Below the pieces are notes generated by a model. That model worked only from the letters and a program-made list of their open reading frames with translations, was not told the origin of the DNA and searched no databases. Positions 53,567 to 62,735 of a stretch of 64,000 bases of DNA are shown here, piece after piece. Location of the stretch: the NCBI GenBank assembly GCA_016935435.1, contig JAFGQZ010000026.1, positions 129,491 through 193,490 on the forward strand, given 5' to 3'. The position numbers were made by a program, and so were the translations under genes. Position 1 is the stretch's first letter. Every line of letters starts with the position of its first letter. This stretch comes from Bacteroidales bacterium. Its GTDB lineage: Bacteria > Bacteroidota > Bacteroidia > Bacteroidales > UBA10428.

Positions 53567-54361
53567 TTACAAAGGATTAATTTTAGTAGCCAGTTTATAA
53601 TATAATGCCGGTATATACTTTCTTATATATACCATTAGCAATTCTTTTCCGCCTACAAGTATTTCTTTCTTTTCGCGTTTCAATCCGTGGTATATTTGTT
53701 TAGCTGCTTTCCCGGGGCTAATGCCGTTTGCCTGGCCTGCATCCATTTTCCCGTGTTCCTTTCCGCTTTTATCGATGGCAAATTTTGAAATATTTGTACG
53801 GATTCTTCCGCCAATAAGCATCGATACCCTTATGTTGTGTTTGGAGTTTTCGGCCAACAGTGTTTCAAAAAAGCCGTGAAGGGCATGTTTCGATGCCGAA
53901 TATGCCGAGCGATAGGGAAAACCGAATTTCCCGACCATGCTGGAAGCAACTGCCAGCTGTCCCCCGCCATTTTTAATCATCGATGGCAAAACGGCTTTTA
54001 CAAGCGAAATTACCCCGAAGAAATTAATTTCCATTATAAGCCTGTCGTTTTCCAACGGGGTTTCAACAGCCAACGATCGCTGGCTAATGCCGGCAAATTG
54101 ATATAATCCGTGGATAATTTCGCCATCGCCCAGAACCTTTGCGGCCGTATTAAATATCCCGGCATTGTCTGTCATATCCAATACTTCAATACGGCAGGTT
54201 GCCCCGGCATCTTTAATATCTTTTGCAGTTGCGATAAGGCCGGCTTCATCGCGGTCGGAAATTATTAAACGTGAGCCATGCCTGGCAATTTCCAGGGCAA
54301 CTGATTTGCCCATGCCCGATGCGGCCCCTGTTATCCAAATTGTTTTGTTTTTAAAATCCAT
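53567..54361 (-). CDS. Short-chain dehydrogenase/reductase (SDR)
   Basis: The protein is 264 aa. It has TGAASGMGK (the TGxxxGxG motif), an NFFG region and the catalytic YSASK motif. Confidence 0.88.
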   Translation of the reverse strand: MDFKNKTIWITGAASGMGKSVALEIARHGSRLIISDRDEAGLIATAKDIKDAGATCRIEVLDMTDNAGIFNTAAKVLGDGEIIHGLYQFAGISQRSLAVETPLENDRLIMEINFFGVISLVKAVLPSMIKNGGGQLAVASSMVGKFGFPYRSAYSASKHALHGFFETLLAENSKHNIRVSMLIGGRIRTNISKFAIDKSGKEHGKMDAGQANGISPGKAAKQIYHGLKREKKEILVGGKELLMVYIRKYIPALYYKLATKINPL

Positions 54362-54446
54362 GTTGTATGTGTCGAATTACATCTTTTATCTGTTGTTCCC
54401 ATTTTTTACAATTGAAAAAACAGGTTTTTGCAGCTGTCCACAAAAT

Positions 54447-55805
54447 TTAATCCAGTGGCAGCGAATTTAATAGTTTTGTTAACACGTTTTTCAGCTCTAG
54501 TGCTTCTGTTAGTTCGGCCGATTTTTTATTTTTCAGGCTGAAACAAATAATTTTCCATCCTTTTATAAACCATCGCCTGATTTCATAAGCTATCAGCCCG
54601 GTAAGTGGCATAAGAACAATATAGGCTGCTGCCATCCACCATTTTGGCAGGAAGACAAAAGCCAGTACCGACAGGATGAGGTAATAAACAGCCTGAATAA
54701 CAATGCCCATGCCCCATGCAGCGGTACTTCTGAATTGCGGGTCTTTTATTTTTCCGGCAAACTTTATGGGAATAAAAAAATGTGGCCAGTTGTTTATAAG
54801 CCCGAGTAAAAATAAAGGAGAGAGCAGCAGTGCTGATAAAAGCCTGCATAAACCGGATATTATTGGCAGTGGCGATTTTCGGAACACCCAGTCGCGAAGC
54901 TTGTTTTTATCGCGCAGGGAGGCATAACGGCAGAATTTTTCATCAATATCCTTCATTTTCCCCGGATTGCGTTCGAGCAGTTTGTCGAGTGCGTCAATCA
55001 GCTTTTTGTCGGCAATAAACTGATTAGTGAGCGATTTTTGGGTGATATTCAGCCTTTTAAAAGCTTCTGGCCTGTAAAACCCACGCAGGCCCATATATGT
55101 ATCGTAAAACTCATCGGTTTTAATGTCGATCATATACTTGCGCATTTCGTCGGCAAGCCTGTCGCGCAAGGCGTTAATGGCAACAGCCTGGTTTTCGCAG
55201 TACATGTCCCAATATTCCGAAACTTCAATGGGTTGTCCAAAATTTACAAAAAGTGACTGGCCAAATTTTTGGTAGTGCTTGTAGTCGATCCCTACAGGTA
55301 TTATTTGTATACCGGGTTTACTTCCATAATCCGACTGGGCTTTAAGGGCAATACGGAAAATTCCCTTTACAAGCGGCCTCAGTCGCCTTTTTTCGCCATG
55401 GTTGCCCTCGGGGAATAAACACAAGGGGTTATAATGGTTTCGCAGTATGCGGGTGGTTTCTTCAAAAATTTCTTCGTTTTGCCCAAGGCTCGATATGCCA
55501 TCGCGAATGCGGTAAATAGGCATAATCTTCATAAAAGTGAGAAGCTTTATAATAATAGGCTTCCTGAAAATATCGGCCCTGGCCATAAACACTGTTTGAA
55601 AAGGAATTTGAGTAACAAGGGCCATTGCGTCCATCAGCGCATTCTGATGGTTAGGGGCGAGTATAACCGGTTTGTTCCGGGGAATTATCTGTACATTGTT
55701 AAGTTCAATTTTCCTGTAATAAAGGTTAAAAACCGGCTTTGCCCATAAATATTTTGCCATCCAGTATTTAACCGACCACTTGTCGATTGTTTCCCTGTTT
55801 ACCAT
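54447..55805 (-). CDS. PlsC-family (lysophospholipid/1-acyl-glycerol-3-phosphate) acyltransferase with C-terminal multi-helix membrane extension
   Basis: The start is reset to the ATG at 55805 (MVNRETIDKW). The acyltransferase motifs are NHQNALMD (the HX4D block) and FPEGNHG. The C-terminal ~130 aa contain 3-4 hydrophobic helices. Confidence 0.75.
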   Translation of the reverse strand: MVNRETIDKWSVKYWMAKYLWAKPVFNLYYRKIELNNVQIIPRNKPVILAPNHQNALMDAMALVTQIPFQTVFMARADIFRKPIIIKLLTFMKIMPIYRIRDGISSLGQNEEIFEETTRILRNHYNPLCLFPEGNHGEKRRLRPLVKGIFRIALKAQSDYGSKPGIQIIPVGIDYKHYQKFGQSLFVNFGQPIEVSEYWDMYCENQAVAINALRDRLADEMRKYMIDIKTDEFYDTYMGLRGFYRPEAFKRLNITQKSLTNQFIADKKLIDALDKLLERNPGKMKDIDEKFCRYASLRDKNKLRDWVFRKSPLPIISGLCRLLSALLLSPLFLLGLINNWPHFFIPIKFAGKIKDPQFRSTAAWGMGIVIQAVYYLILSVLAFVFLPKWWMAAAYIVLMPLTGLIAYEIRRWFIKGWKIICFSLKNKKSAELTEALELKNVLTKLLNSLPLD

Positions 55806-55866
55806 AAAGTGAACCGTTAAATTAGCCGGTAAAAATAAGAATATATTGAAAACTTTAACCCTAAAC

Positions 55867-56820
55867 TTAGTTTTTAGGTTTCCAGCGCGACCATACTCCG
55901 GCAAGCGCCAAACCTGCCAAAATGTGCCAAATGCCCCACCAGGCTGCAATAAAGGCCATGCCGCCATTGTTTATGTCGGGGGGGAAGATTTTAGGGTTAA
56001 ACAGCAGTACCAATGCCAGCCCCGAGTTTTGTATGCCTGTTTCAATTGTAATTGCACGGCGGTTTGCCCCGCCAATCTTAAAAAATTGAGCAAACAGGTT
56101 TCCCGACAGAAAGCCTAAGGTGTTGTGTATCAAAACCAGAATAAAAACATATTTAATGTGTGCCAGAAAATAGTCGTAATTTTTCATGAATGCCATAACC
56201 ACCATGGCAGCAAATGCCAGCAATGAAATTGCGCGTATAGGGCTGTTGATTTTGCGGGTAATTTTTGGCAGAAAGTGGTTTACCAGCATGCCAATTACTA
56301 GGGGAATACCCAAAAGAATAAAAACCGTCTCGAACATGGCATAGGGGTTAATTTCAATTGGGCGCAAGAGCGATGCCGAATCGACCCTGCTCAGGTAACG
56401 AGTATAAAAACCACCCCAAATGGAAAAATTCAACGGTGTTAGTATGATGGCCCCTAAAGTGGCTATTGCGGTTAGCGTTACTGATAAGGCTACATTGCCT
56501 TTTGCCAGCGACGAGATAAAATTGCTCACATTACCGCCCGGGCAACTGGCAACCAGTATCATTCCCATTGCAATTGTAGGGGTTATGTAATCGTTTATCA
56601 GCAATATAATGCCGTATGTTACTGCCGGCAGCAGCAGAAATTGTGATAAAAAACCTACGATTGCAGCCTTGGGCGAGAGTATTACATCTTTAAAATGACT
56701 TACCTTTATGCCCAATGCAACACCAAACATAATAAAGGCCAGTGTGATATTCAGGACAAACAATCCTTCGCTGGAGAAGTTCAGCCTGATTTCGTCAAGC
56801 AGTGTAAGCGATTCGTGCAT
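55867..56820 (-). CDS. Bile acid:sodium symporter (BASS/SBF) family transporter
   Basis: The start is reset to the ATG at 56820 (MHESLTLLDE). This is a polytopic protein with ASCPGGNVSN and GIQNSGLA motifs. Confidence 0.8.
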   Translation of the reverse strand: MHESLTLLDEIRLNFSSEGLFVLNITLAFIMFGVALGIKVSHFKDVILSPKAAIVGFLSQFLLLPAVTYGIILLINDYITPTIAMGMILVASCPGGNVSNFISSLAKGNVALSVTLTAIATLGAIILTPLNFSIWGGFYTRYLSRVDSASLLRPIEINPYAMFETVFILLGIPLVIGMLVNHFLPKITRKINSPIRAISLLAFAAMVVMAFMKNYDYFLAHIKYVFILVLIHNTLGFLSGNLFAQFFKIGGANRRAITIETGIQNSGLALVLLFNPKIFPPDINNGGMAFIAAWWGIWHILAGLALAGVWSRWKPKN

Positions 56821-56895
56821 ATTCTGTTGTTTTAAGGGCCTTAAAGTTGAAAAAAAAACACGACAAACCAAAAGTAATTATAAACCAATACAATA

Positions 56896-57432
56896 ATGAT
56901 TATGGTACAATGGCACAGTATTTTTAATAAGGAAAATGTTAACAGCTTGTCGCTTCGGGTGTTTAATAAAATTGGCAACGAATGGTTCCTGTTATCGGCA
57001 GGCGATATTAACCATTTTAACACAATGACTGCCAGTTGGGGCGCTTTGGGCGTTTTGTGGAACAAACCGGTGGCCATGTCTTTTGTGAGGCCTTCGAGGC
57101 ATACGTATAACTTTATGGAGGAAAACGAAATTTTTACTATGAGCTTTTTACCCGGTAACCATAAAAAAACCCTAAATTTTTGCGGGGCAACTTCGGGCCG
57201 CGATGCCGACAAGGTGAAAGAAACCGGATTGTTGCCTGTAAGCCTCGAATTTGGCGGGGTTAGTTTCGAACAGGCAGATATGGTTATTGAGTGCAAAAAA
57301 GTATATTTCGACGATATAAAACCGGTTTTTATAATCCCCGACGAAGTAGATGAGCTCTTTTATAACGACAAGGATTATCACCGCATGTTTATTGGCGAGG
57401 TTAAGGCAGTATATAAAAAGACAGGGATATAA
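56896..57432 (+). CDS. Flavin reductase-like FMN-binding split-barrel protein
   Basis: The protein is 178 aa. The pattern NTMTASWGALGVLWNKPVAMSFVRPSRHTYNFM is typical of the flavin reductase domain family. Confidence 0.65.
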   Translation: MIMVQWHSIFNKENVNSLSLRVFNKIGNEWFLLSAGDINHFNTMTASWGALGVLWNKPVAMSFVRPSRHTYNFMEENEIFTMSFLPGNHKKTLNFCGATSGRDADKVKETGLLPVSLEFGGVSFEQADMVIECKKVYFDDIKPVFIIPDEVDELFYNDKDYHRMFIGEVKAVYKKTGI

Positions 57433-57504
57433 ACTTATGTATCTTTAAAAATAATTCACTTTAGAACCAGGCCGGTTTTCTGCTAACGTTTTATTTTAGC
57501 ACAA

Positions 57505-57538
57505 AATCCTGCCTGGTTTTAAAACCAAACAGGATTTG
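57505..57538. terminator. Bidirectional terminator-like hairpin between convergent genes
   Basis: The sequence is aaatcctgcctggtttt aaaaccaaacaggattt. It forms two 7-bp helices separated by a 2-nt mismatch. It lies between the 3' ends at 57432 (+) and 57564 (-). Confidence 0.55.
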
Positions 57539-57563
57539 TAAATATACCTTCTTCAATTTAAGT

Positions 57564-59453
57564 TTAGTTTACAAGCAGTGGCTTAGAATAGCTGGTGCCT
57601 TTAGTAGTTTTTATTGAAATAATGTATGCACCGGGCAATACATTGTCGATTTGTAGTTTCTGGTGCTGCAAAATTTTGCCGGTAAAGGCTGAAACAAGCC
57701 TGCCCGACGGGTCGAAAAGCTGCACTGTTTCAATCTCGTCCTGGTTGTTTTCGATTTCAACAGCAATAAAACCATTTGCCGGTTGTGGGTAAATTCGCAG
57801 CCTGGTTGAAACACCGGAATGCTTAATGCTGCTAAGTTTTTCTGTGTAAAGCTCTATGCCGTTGCCAGTGCCCAGGTTACGTGAATATTTTTTATCAACT
57901 GCATTGTTCCAGTGTTCGTGTGTGCCAAGGCTTGTTAAAACTGTTCCATCGCCTTCGGGGTCGTATTCGATATCGGCGGGCCAGTTTGCCGGATCAGCTG
58001 CCTGGAGTATATAATCATCGGCACCATCGATATACGGGAATTGGATGTCCTCTTCTTTGTTTTTATATTCTTCAAGTAAAAAGTCGTAACATACCGATTC
58101 AATAGCTACAGGATCCATTGATACAAATAATGATGAAGGGTAGTCGTTGTTGAATGGGGCCATGTCCCACTTTTCAACAATACCGTCCCAGTTTCTCCCC
58201 CCCCAAATGCCATCGACAATAATTAAAAGGGTTTTGCCTCCGAGGTGTTCATAACCCATGTAATCGACAAGGTGGCGGTATTTGCCATGTCCTGGGTTGT
58301 TTTTTGGCAGATAGGGGTGCATAAACATGGCCGATTGCCCGTTTGGGGCGTCCCCTTCTTCAATTATTGATCCCTGGTGGTTTTTAGCGGCAATAGTAAT
58401 GCCCCCCACATCGTGCGATTTCAGACAAGGCATGTTAATGAAATATGCCGAGTTTACATATTCCTGTGGAATGCGGGCACTTTCGCCATTGCTGAATTTT
58501 AGTATGCTTTGTGCAGTAGGGGTGGTTTGTATGCGGCCATTGTCGCCATTGCCGTCCATATAGTTTACATCAGGGAATTCCGGGGCACACAAATCCCAAT
58601 ATAAATCGTGGAACTTGCGGAACGGGTCTCCAAGGTATATATCCGACTCTTCGACACCAACTATGTTTACCAGCTGCCTTAATATAGAAAGGCATAGTTC
58701 GGGGGTGGAATCCATCTGGTCGAAATTATTGGTTTTTTTGGTTTTGTTCGACCACGAAGCGCAACAGGAGTTGGTAACATTTATTTTAATATAAATTTTT
58801 TCTCCTTTTGTATATCCTTTAATGCCCCTGCCATGGGTTTCGTTAAAATATTTAAATATTGTATCCCAGGCCAGCTTTAAGTCGCCCTGGCCTGCAATTC
58901 CCCTTATGGCATTGCCGAGCATGTCGTCAACAACATTTTGGTTGGTGTTGTCGAACCAGTAATCGCCACTGGTATTGCTGCAGTTTTTATCTGTAGCATC
59001 GGGGTTGTGAACCCAAACTACGCGGCCGGGCATTATGCCTTTAGCTACCCCAATTGGGCTGTTTGGGGCAAAGGCACCGAAATTCAGGCTTGCAGCTGTA
59101 CTGTCGGTTTGAGTAAGGGGTATGGTAAAAAACACAACAGTAATGCCGGCTGCCACAAACAGGGCGGCCATTTTATATTGCGATGCCTTAAGGTGTTTTC
59201 CAAAACGCTTAAATGAAAATGCCGATGCTGTTATGCCCAGAATATATATTACAAATGCCGATGCCCAGGGGGCTGTGGCCCTTACGCATGGATAGGTTGC
59301 CCTTTGTGGTTTAGGTACAACCCTTACCAGAAACCACACTATCGATGCCAGTCCCAGTAATATAAATGCTATTTTCCCGGGTACTTTAAATTTTTGTGTT
59401 AATGCTTCCAGTTTTAGTTTCCAGTTCACTAATGTTGTGTTGTTTCTTTTCAT
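57564..59453 (-). CDS. DUF362-like protein with three N-terminal hydrophobic helices and a C-terminal T9SS sorting domain (paralog 2)
   Basis: The protein is 629 aa. The N-terminus is IAFILLGLASIVWFLVRVVPKPQRATYPCVRATAP. The DUF362-like signature is NMPCLKSHDVGGITIAAKNHQG. The T9SS CTD is LRIYPQPANGFIAVEI...VQLFDPSGRLV...LPGAYIISIKTTKGTSYSKPLLVN. Confidence 0.65.
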   Translation of the reverse strand: MKRNNTTLVNWKLKLEALTQKFKVPGKIAFILLGLASIVWFLVRVVPKPQRATYPCVRATAPWASAFVIYILGITASAFSFKRFGKHLKASQYKMAALFVAAGITVVFFTIPLTQTDSTAASLNFGAFAPNSPIGVAKGIMPGRVVWVHNPDATDKNCSNTSGDYWFDNTNQNVVDDMLGNAIRGIAGQGDLKLAWDTIFKYFNETHGRGIKGYTKGEKIYIKINVTNSCCASWSNKTKKTNNFDQMDSTPELCLSILRQLVNIVGVEESDIYLGDPFRKFHDLYWDLCAPEFPDVNYMDGNGDNGRIQTTPTAQSILKFSNGESARIPQEYVNSAYFINMPCLKSHDVGGITIAAKNHQGSIIEEGDAPNGQSAMFMHPYLPKNNPGHGKYRHLVDYMGYEHLGGKTLLIIVDGIWGGRNWDGIVEKWDMAPFNNDYPSSLFVSMDPVAIESVCYDFLLEEYKNKEEDIQFPYIDGADDYILQAADPANWPADIEYDPEGDGTVLTSLGTHEHWNNAVDKKYSRNLGTGNGIELYTEKLSSIKHSGVSTRLRIYPQPANGFIAVEIENNQDEIETVQLFDPSGRLVSAFTGKILQHQKLQIDNVLPGAYIISIKTTKGTSYSKPLLVN

Positions 59454-59480
59454 AGCCTAAAGAGTATGTGTGCAGGGGCA

Positions 59481-60911
59481 TTAGTTGTGCCCGTGCCCGG
59501 TTTTGTTCAGTTTTACAGTATAATCGATGTTGTATCCATTTATTTTAACAAAATAAGTTCCTGCAGGGTATTTTTGTTTATCCGATATATCGAATGGCAC
59601 TACTACGTCACCAGTTTCGGTTGGCCGGCAGGTTCGGCTTTCGATGCACCTGCCCTCGGTGGAATAGGTGGTCACAATAAAAGCCTGCTTGTTGTTAGTG
59701 TTAACTTTCAGGTAAAACAAATCGGTTGCAGGGTTTGGGTATATTTTTATAGTTTCGGCCATATCCTGGCAAGGGAGCCATAAATTGTCAATAATTACAA
59801 TTTCGCCGGGAATACTACTAAACCATTCTATACCGCCCGATGTGCCAACCCAAATATTGCCGGTTGTATCGGAAGAAATACAATTGACATAATTGTTAAC
59901 TAACCCCTCTTTTTCGGTGTACCTGTACCAGTTGCTACCAGTAAAAACCGAAAGGCCTGCCGGTGTGCCAAACCATATATTGTTGTCTTTATCGGTAAAA
60001 ACAGTGTTAATTTTGTTACTTACCAGTCCGGTTTGAGTGCTAAAGTACTCCCAGTCGTCCTTTGTGGCTTCGGAAGTATGCTTGTATGCACCGGTATCTG
60101 TTGCATACCACTGAATGTCGCCCTTAATATTAATATCAAAAATAATATCGGTGTACATCGACGACCAGGGCGTAGCATAAGTCGAGGCGCCTGTTATTCC
60201 GTCAACGGTATTGTAACTATACCGAAGTATTCCTTTTCCTTCGGTGGCTGCCAGAGTCATAGAATGGGCATCGTAGGCGGCTACGCGGGTAATTTTTACA
60301 TCCGACAGTTTAATGGTTTCTTCCCAGGCATCGATACCGGTAAGGATACTGTCCCAAATGTTGCCCCTGAAAACCGAAATGGCCGAGTCGGTGGAAATCC
60401 ACCGGTTATGATCCTTATCGACACAAACCGAATTAACCTTGTTGCCCACAAGGCCGCTGTTTGCACCAACATAGGTTGTGGCACTGGTTATTCCATCAAT
60501 GCCGTATGCCGCAACAGTAAGCCCGCTGTCGGTTGCAATCCAGAGTTCGCTGCCGTATTTGGTAAATTCAAATTCAATGTCGTTTACTTTATTGTTCAGC
60601 AAATGGTCTGAAATGGTATAAGTAATCCACTCCCCTCCATCGAAGCGGGCAAGGCCGGCACCGGTGCCAATCCATTTCACATTTGCCGAATCGATATAAA
60701 TGTCATTTACATTATTTGAGGGTAAGCCGGAATTTTCTGCTGTAAATACGTTTGGGGCGGTCAACCCTTTATTTTCCGGTTTGGTATTTCCCGATGTAAA
60801 GGCAATGGTTATTGCCGATGCAAAAAGAACAATAATTACATGGACAAGTCCCTTAAATTTATGTAGATTGTAGTTTTTTAATAACTTAATCAATAATTCT
60901 TTTAGTTTCAT
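59481..60911 (-). CDS. Reg_prop-type beta-propeller protein with C-terminal T9SS sorting domain
   Basis: The protein is 476 aa with an N-terminal signal/anchor (LVHVIIVLFASAITIAFTSG). It has repeated 'two-component regulator propeller' units (NNVNDIYIDSANVKWIGTGAGLARF, NKVNSVCVDKDHNRWISTDSAISVF, NKINTVFTDKDNNIWFGTPAGLSVF, NYVNCISSDTTGNIWVGTSGGIEWF). The CTD is IKIYPNPATDLFYLKV...YPAGTYFVKI. Confidence 0.75.
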   Translation of the reverse strand: MKLKELLIKLLKNYNLHKFKGLVHVIIVLFASAITIAFTSGNTKPENKGLTAPNVFTAENSGLPSNNVNDIYIDSANVKWIGTGAGLARFDGGEWITYTISDHLLNNKVNDIEFEFTKYGSELWIATDSGLTVAAYGIDGITSATTYVGANSGLVGNKVNSVCVDKDHNRWISTDSAISVFRGNIWDSILTGIDAWEETIKLSDVKITRVAAYDAHSMTLAATEGKGILRYSYNTVDGITGASTYATPWSSMYTDIIFDINIKGDIQWYATDTGAYKHTSEATKDDWEYFSTQTGLVSNKINTVFTDKDNNIWFGTPAGLSVFTGSNWYRYTEKEGLVNNYVNCISSDTTGNIWVGTSGGIEWFSSIPGEIVIIDNLWLPCQDMAETIKIYPNPATDLFYLKVNTNNKQAFIVTTYSTEGRCIESRTCRPTETGDVVVPFDISDKQKYPAGTYFVKINGYNIDYTVKLNKTGHGHN

Positions 60912-61156
60912 GAGCAGTCGGATAGAATTGGGTTGTGCTTTAATATTATGATAATCGAAAAAACATTCACGCCTAAAGTATAAAAAAAATATTACCTTTT
61001 AAACTGATAATTAAAAATACTGTCGGTTGAAACTTTCATTCTATTGGAACAATTATTATTAGGTTATTGCATAAAAAGGAAACGTATAAAATTTGAAACA
61101 GGTGCCTAACGCATTAAAATTCCACAAAACCAATTAATTAACCATTATATGTTCAT

Positions 61157-61714
61157 GTGAAAACAGAAAAGCAAAAAATGCTGTCGGGCTTGTTGTATAA
61201 TGCAGCAGACGCAGAACTTACAAATGAGAGGCTAAGAACAAGGTTGCTCTTAAAAGAATTTAACAGCACAGGAGAAAATTACGAAGCAAGAAGAAAGCAG
61301 GTTTTGAAAAAGTTAATTCCGAATGCCGGGAGCGAATTTGTAGTGCAGTCGCCATTTTATTGCGATTATGGCACAAATATATATGCCGGCAACAAAGTGT
61401 TTTTTAACTTTAATTGTGTTGTACTTGATGTTATGCCTGTATCAATAGGCAGCAACACTCTAATTGGCCCTAATGTGCAAATATATACTGCTACTCATCC
61501 GATGGACTATAAAGAAAGGGCTTTGGGCTTAGAATTTGCAAAACCTGTAACTATTGGCACCGATGTATGGATTGGAGGCAGTACAGTGATTTGCCCTGGT
61601 GTTACAATTGGCGACCGATGTGTTATCGGGGCCGGCAGTGTGGTTATTAAGGATATACCGGCAGGTTTTTTCGCAGCAGGCAACCCATGCAGGGTAATTC
61701 GTGAGATAACCTAG
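61157..61714 (+). CDS. maa: Maltose/galactoside O-acetyltransferase (hexapeptide-repeat, Maa/LacA family)
   Basis: The ORF has a GTG start and encodes 185 aa. The N-terminus EKQKMLSGLLYNAADAEL and the core IGPNVQIYTATHP...PVTIGTDVWIGGSTVICPGVTIGDRCVIGAGSVV...AGNPCRVIR fit the family. Confidence 0.88.
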   Translation: MKTEKQKMLSGLLYNAADAELTNERLRTRLLLKEFNSTGENYEARRKQVLKKLIPNAGSEFVVQSPFYCDYGTNIYAGNKVFFNFNCVVLDVMPVSIGSNTLIGPNVQIYTATHPMDYKERALGLEFAKPVTIGTDVWIGGSTVICPGVTIGDRCVIGAGSVVIKDIPAGFFAAGNPCRVIREIT

Positions 61715-61772
61715 GTTATTGCAAAAAAAGCAGAAGGGATATTCTGTTTGTTCTTTATGCTTGTGTATGTTC

Positions 61773-62735
61773 TTATTTTGTTGCACGGTATTGATAAGCG
61801 GCTTTCTTTAACCTGTCCATTATTGCAATGCCCAATCCGGTTTCCTCGACTGGTTCAATAAATATCCGGGATATTTTTTCATCTTCTTCCATATCGTGCA
61901 AGGCAGAAAACAGGTTAGCAGCTATTTCGGTATAATTGTAATTTACCGAAGTGTAAATTACTTTATCGGCTTTACAGTTATGGTTTCGCCTGCTGTGGAG
62001 AATAAGTCCGGATGAAGAAGGCAAAACATCTGCTGTTTCGCTGGTTATAAACAAAGGTTTTTTCGGCGAATAGTGGCTTTTAAGCAAACCGGGGGCAATA
62101 TTGGTTTTAGGTGGCAAAATATCGAAAATAAAAGTTCCCGGAAGGGCATTTTCGATATCAATGGCAGTAATATACCCCGGGCGTAGGATGCTGCAAACAT
62201 TTCCGTTTACAGAAACAATTGTCGATTCAATGCCTACCTCAGTTTTTCCACCGTCAAGAATGTAATCGGTTTGCGGGAGCTGCTTTTTTACATGTTCGGC
62301 GCATACAGGGCTAAGTTGCCCGAATTTGTTTGCGCTGGGTGCAGCAACGGGGCACCCCGATTTTTTAATCAGCATCAGGGCAATATCGTTTTTTGGCATT
62401 CGTATGCCAACAGTTGGCAGTCCCGAGGTTACAATATCGGGCACCAATTTACTTTTTGGCAATACCACAGTAAGAGGCCCCGGCCAGAATTTATCAACCA
62501 GGCGCAATACATTTTCATGTACATTGCCAGCTAGTTTTTTTAAGTCGTTAACCGATGCAATATGAACAATTAATGGGTCGAACGATGGGCGTTCTTTTAA
62601 TTCGAATATTCTTGCCACGGCCAGGGGATCCATCGCATTTGCACCCAGCCCGTAAACAGTTTCCGTTGGAAAAGCCACCAGTTTTCCCTTCTGGATTAAA
62701 CCCGCCGCAATTTCAATATCGTTATGGTTGTTCAT
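61773..62735 (-). CDS. tsaC: L-threonylcarbamoyladenylate synthase (Sua5/YrdC domain + Sua5 C-terminal domain)
   Basis: The protein is 320 aa. Motifs are GKLVAFPTETVYGLGANA, RIFELKERPSFDPLIVH, WPGPLTVVL and APSANKFGQLSP. Confidence 0.9.
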   Translation of the reverse strand: MNNHNDIEIAAGLIQKGKLVAFPTETVYGLGANAMDPLAVARIFELKERPSFDPLIVHIASVNDLKKLAGNVHENVLRLVDKFWPGPLTVVLPKSKLVPDIVTSGLPTVGIRMPKNDIALMLIKKSGCPVAAPSANKFGQLSPVCAEHVKKQLPQTDYILDGGKTEVGIESTIVSVNGNVCSILRPGYITAIDIENALPGTFIFDILPPKTNIAPGLLKSHYSPKKPLFITSETADVLPSSSGLILHSRRNHNCKADKVIYTSVNYNYTEIAANLFSALHDMEEDEKISRIFIEPVEETGLGIAIMDRLKKAAYQYRATK

